Assembly: GCA_039683575.1 (NCBI GenBank)
Contig: JBDKRC010000048.1
Coordinates: forward strand, 1 to 14,114
Direction: 5' to 3'
Length of the DNA stretch: 14,114 nt
From: Armatimonadia bacterium
Lineage (GTDB): Bacteria; Armatimonadota; Zipacnadia; Zipacnadales; UBA11051
Numbering within the stretch: position 1 is the first letter of the stretch; each line of letters begins with the position of its first letter. A program made the translations under genes and the position numbers. Positions 14,083 to 14,114 of this stretch are shown one piece after another. The notes under the pieces are model-generated. The model worked only from the letters and a program-made list of their open reading frames with translations, ran no database searches and was not told the origin of the DNA.

Positions 14083-14114
14083 ATCAAGCCTCCCTAATAC
14101 CGCTAACGCTGCCT

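Noticed and set aside
10095-14097. Long antisense or alternative-frame ORFs over the GH42-like gene, and similar ones over the other genes
   Set aside because: These are shadow ORFs expected from high GC and biased codon usage. They are Arg/Pro/His-rich with no domain signatures.

Overview
GC-rich bacterial window with seven intact protein-coding genes. I found no rRNA, tRNA, CRISPR array or transposase. The left block (1-3940, + strand) is a cytoplasmic two-component pair: a MEDS + 4xPAS + HisKA_3/HATPase_c kinase and a NarL-type receiver protein with no HTH output domain. The right block (4015-14082) is a carbohydrate-utilisation cluster: a sugar phosphate isomerase/epimerase TIM barrel (-), a PfkB sugar kinase (+), a secreted heparinase II/III-like lyase with a C-terminal CBM (+), a secreted CBM9-like protein (-) and a 1381-aa secreted GH42-like hydrolase (-). 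Most intergenic gaps hold REP-like palindromes of several sequence types. The main observation is a 27-bp GTAG-type REP-like palindrome present in two identical copies. One is intergenic (9880-9906). The other lies in frame inside the GH42-like gene (13093-13119, peptide GRAQGSAPT), in the linker of what looks like a circularly permuted CBM inserted into another domain. All product calls come from motifs recognised by eye; no database search was run.
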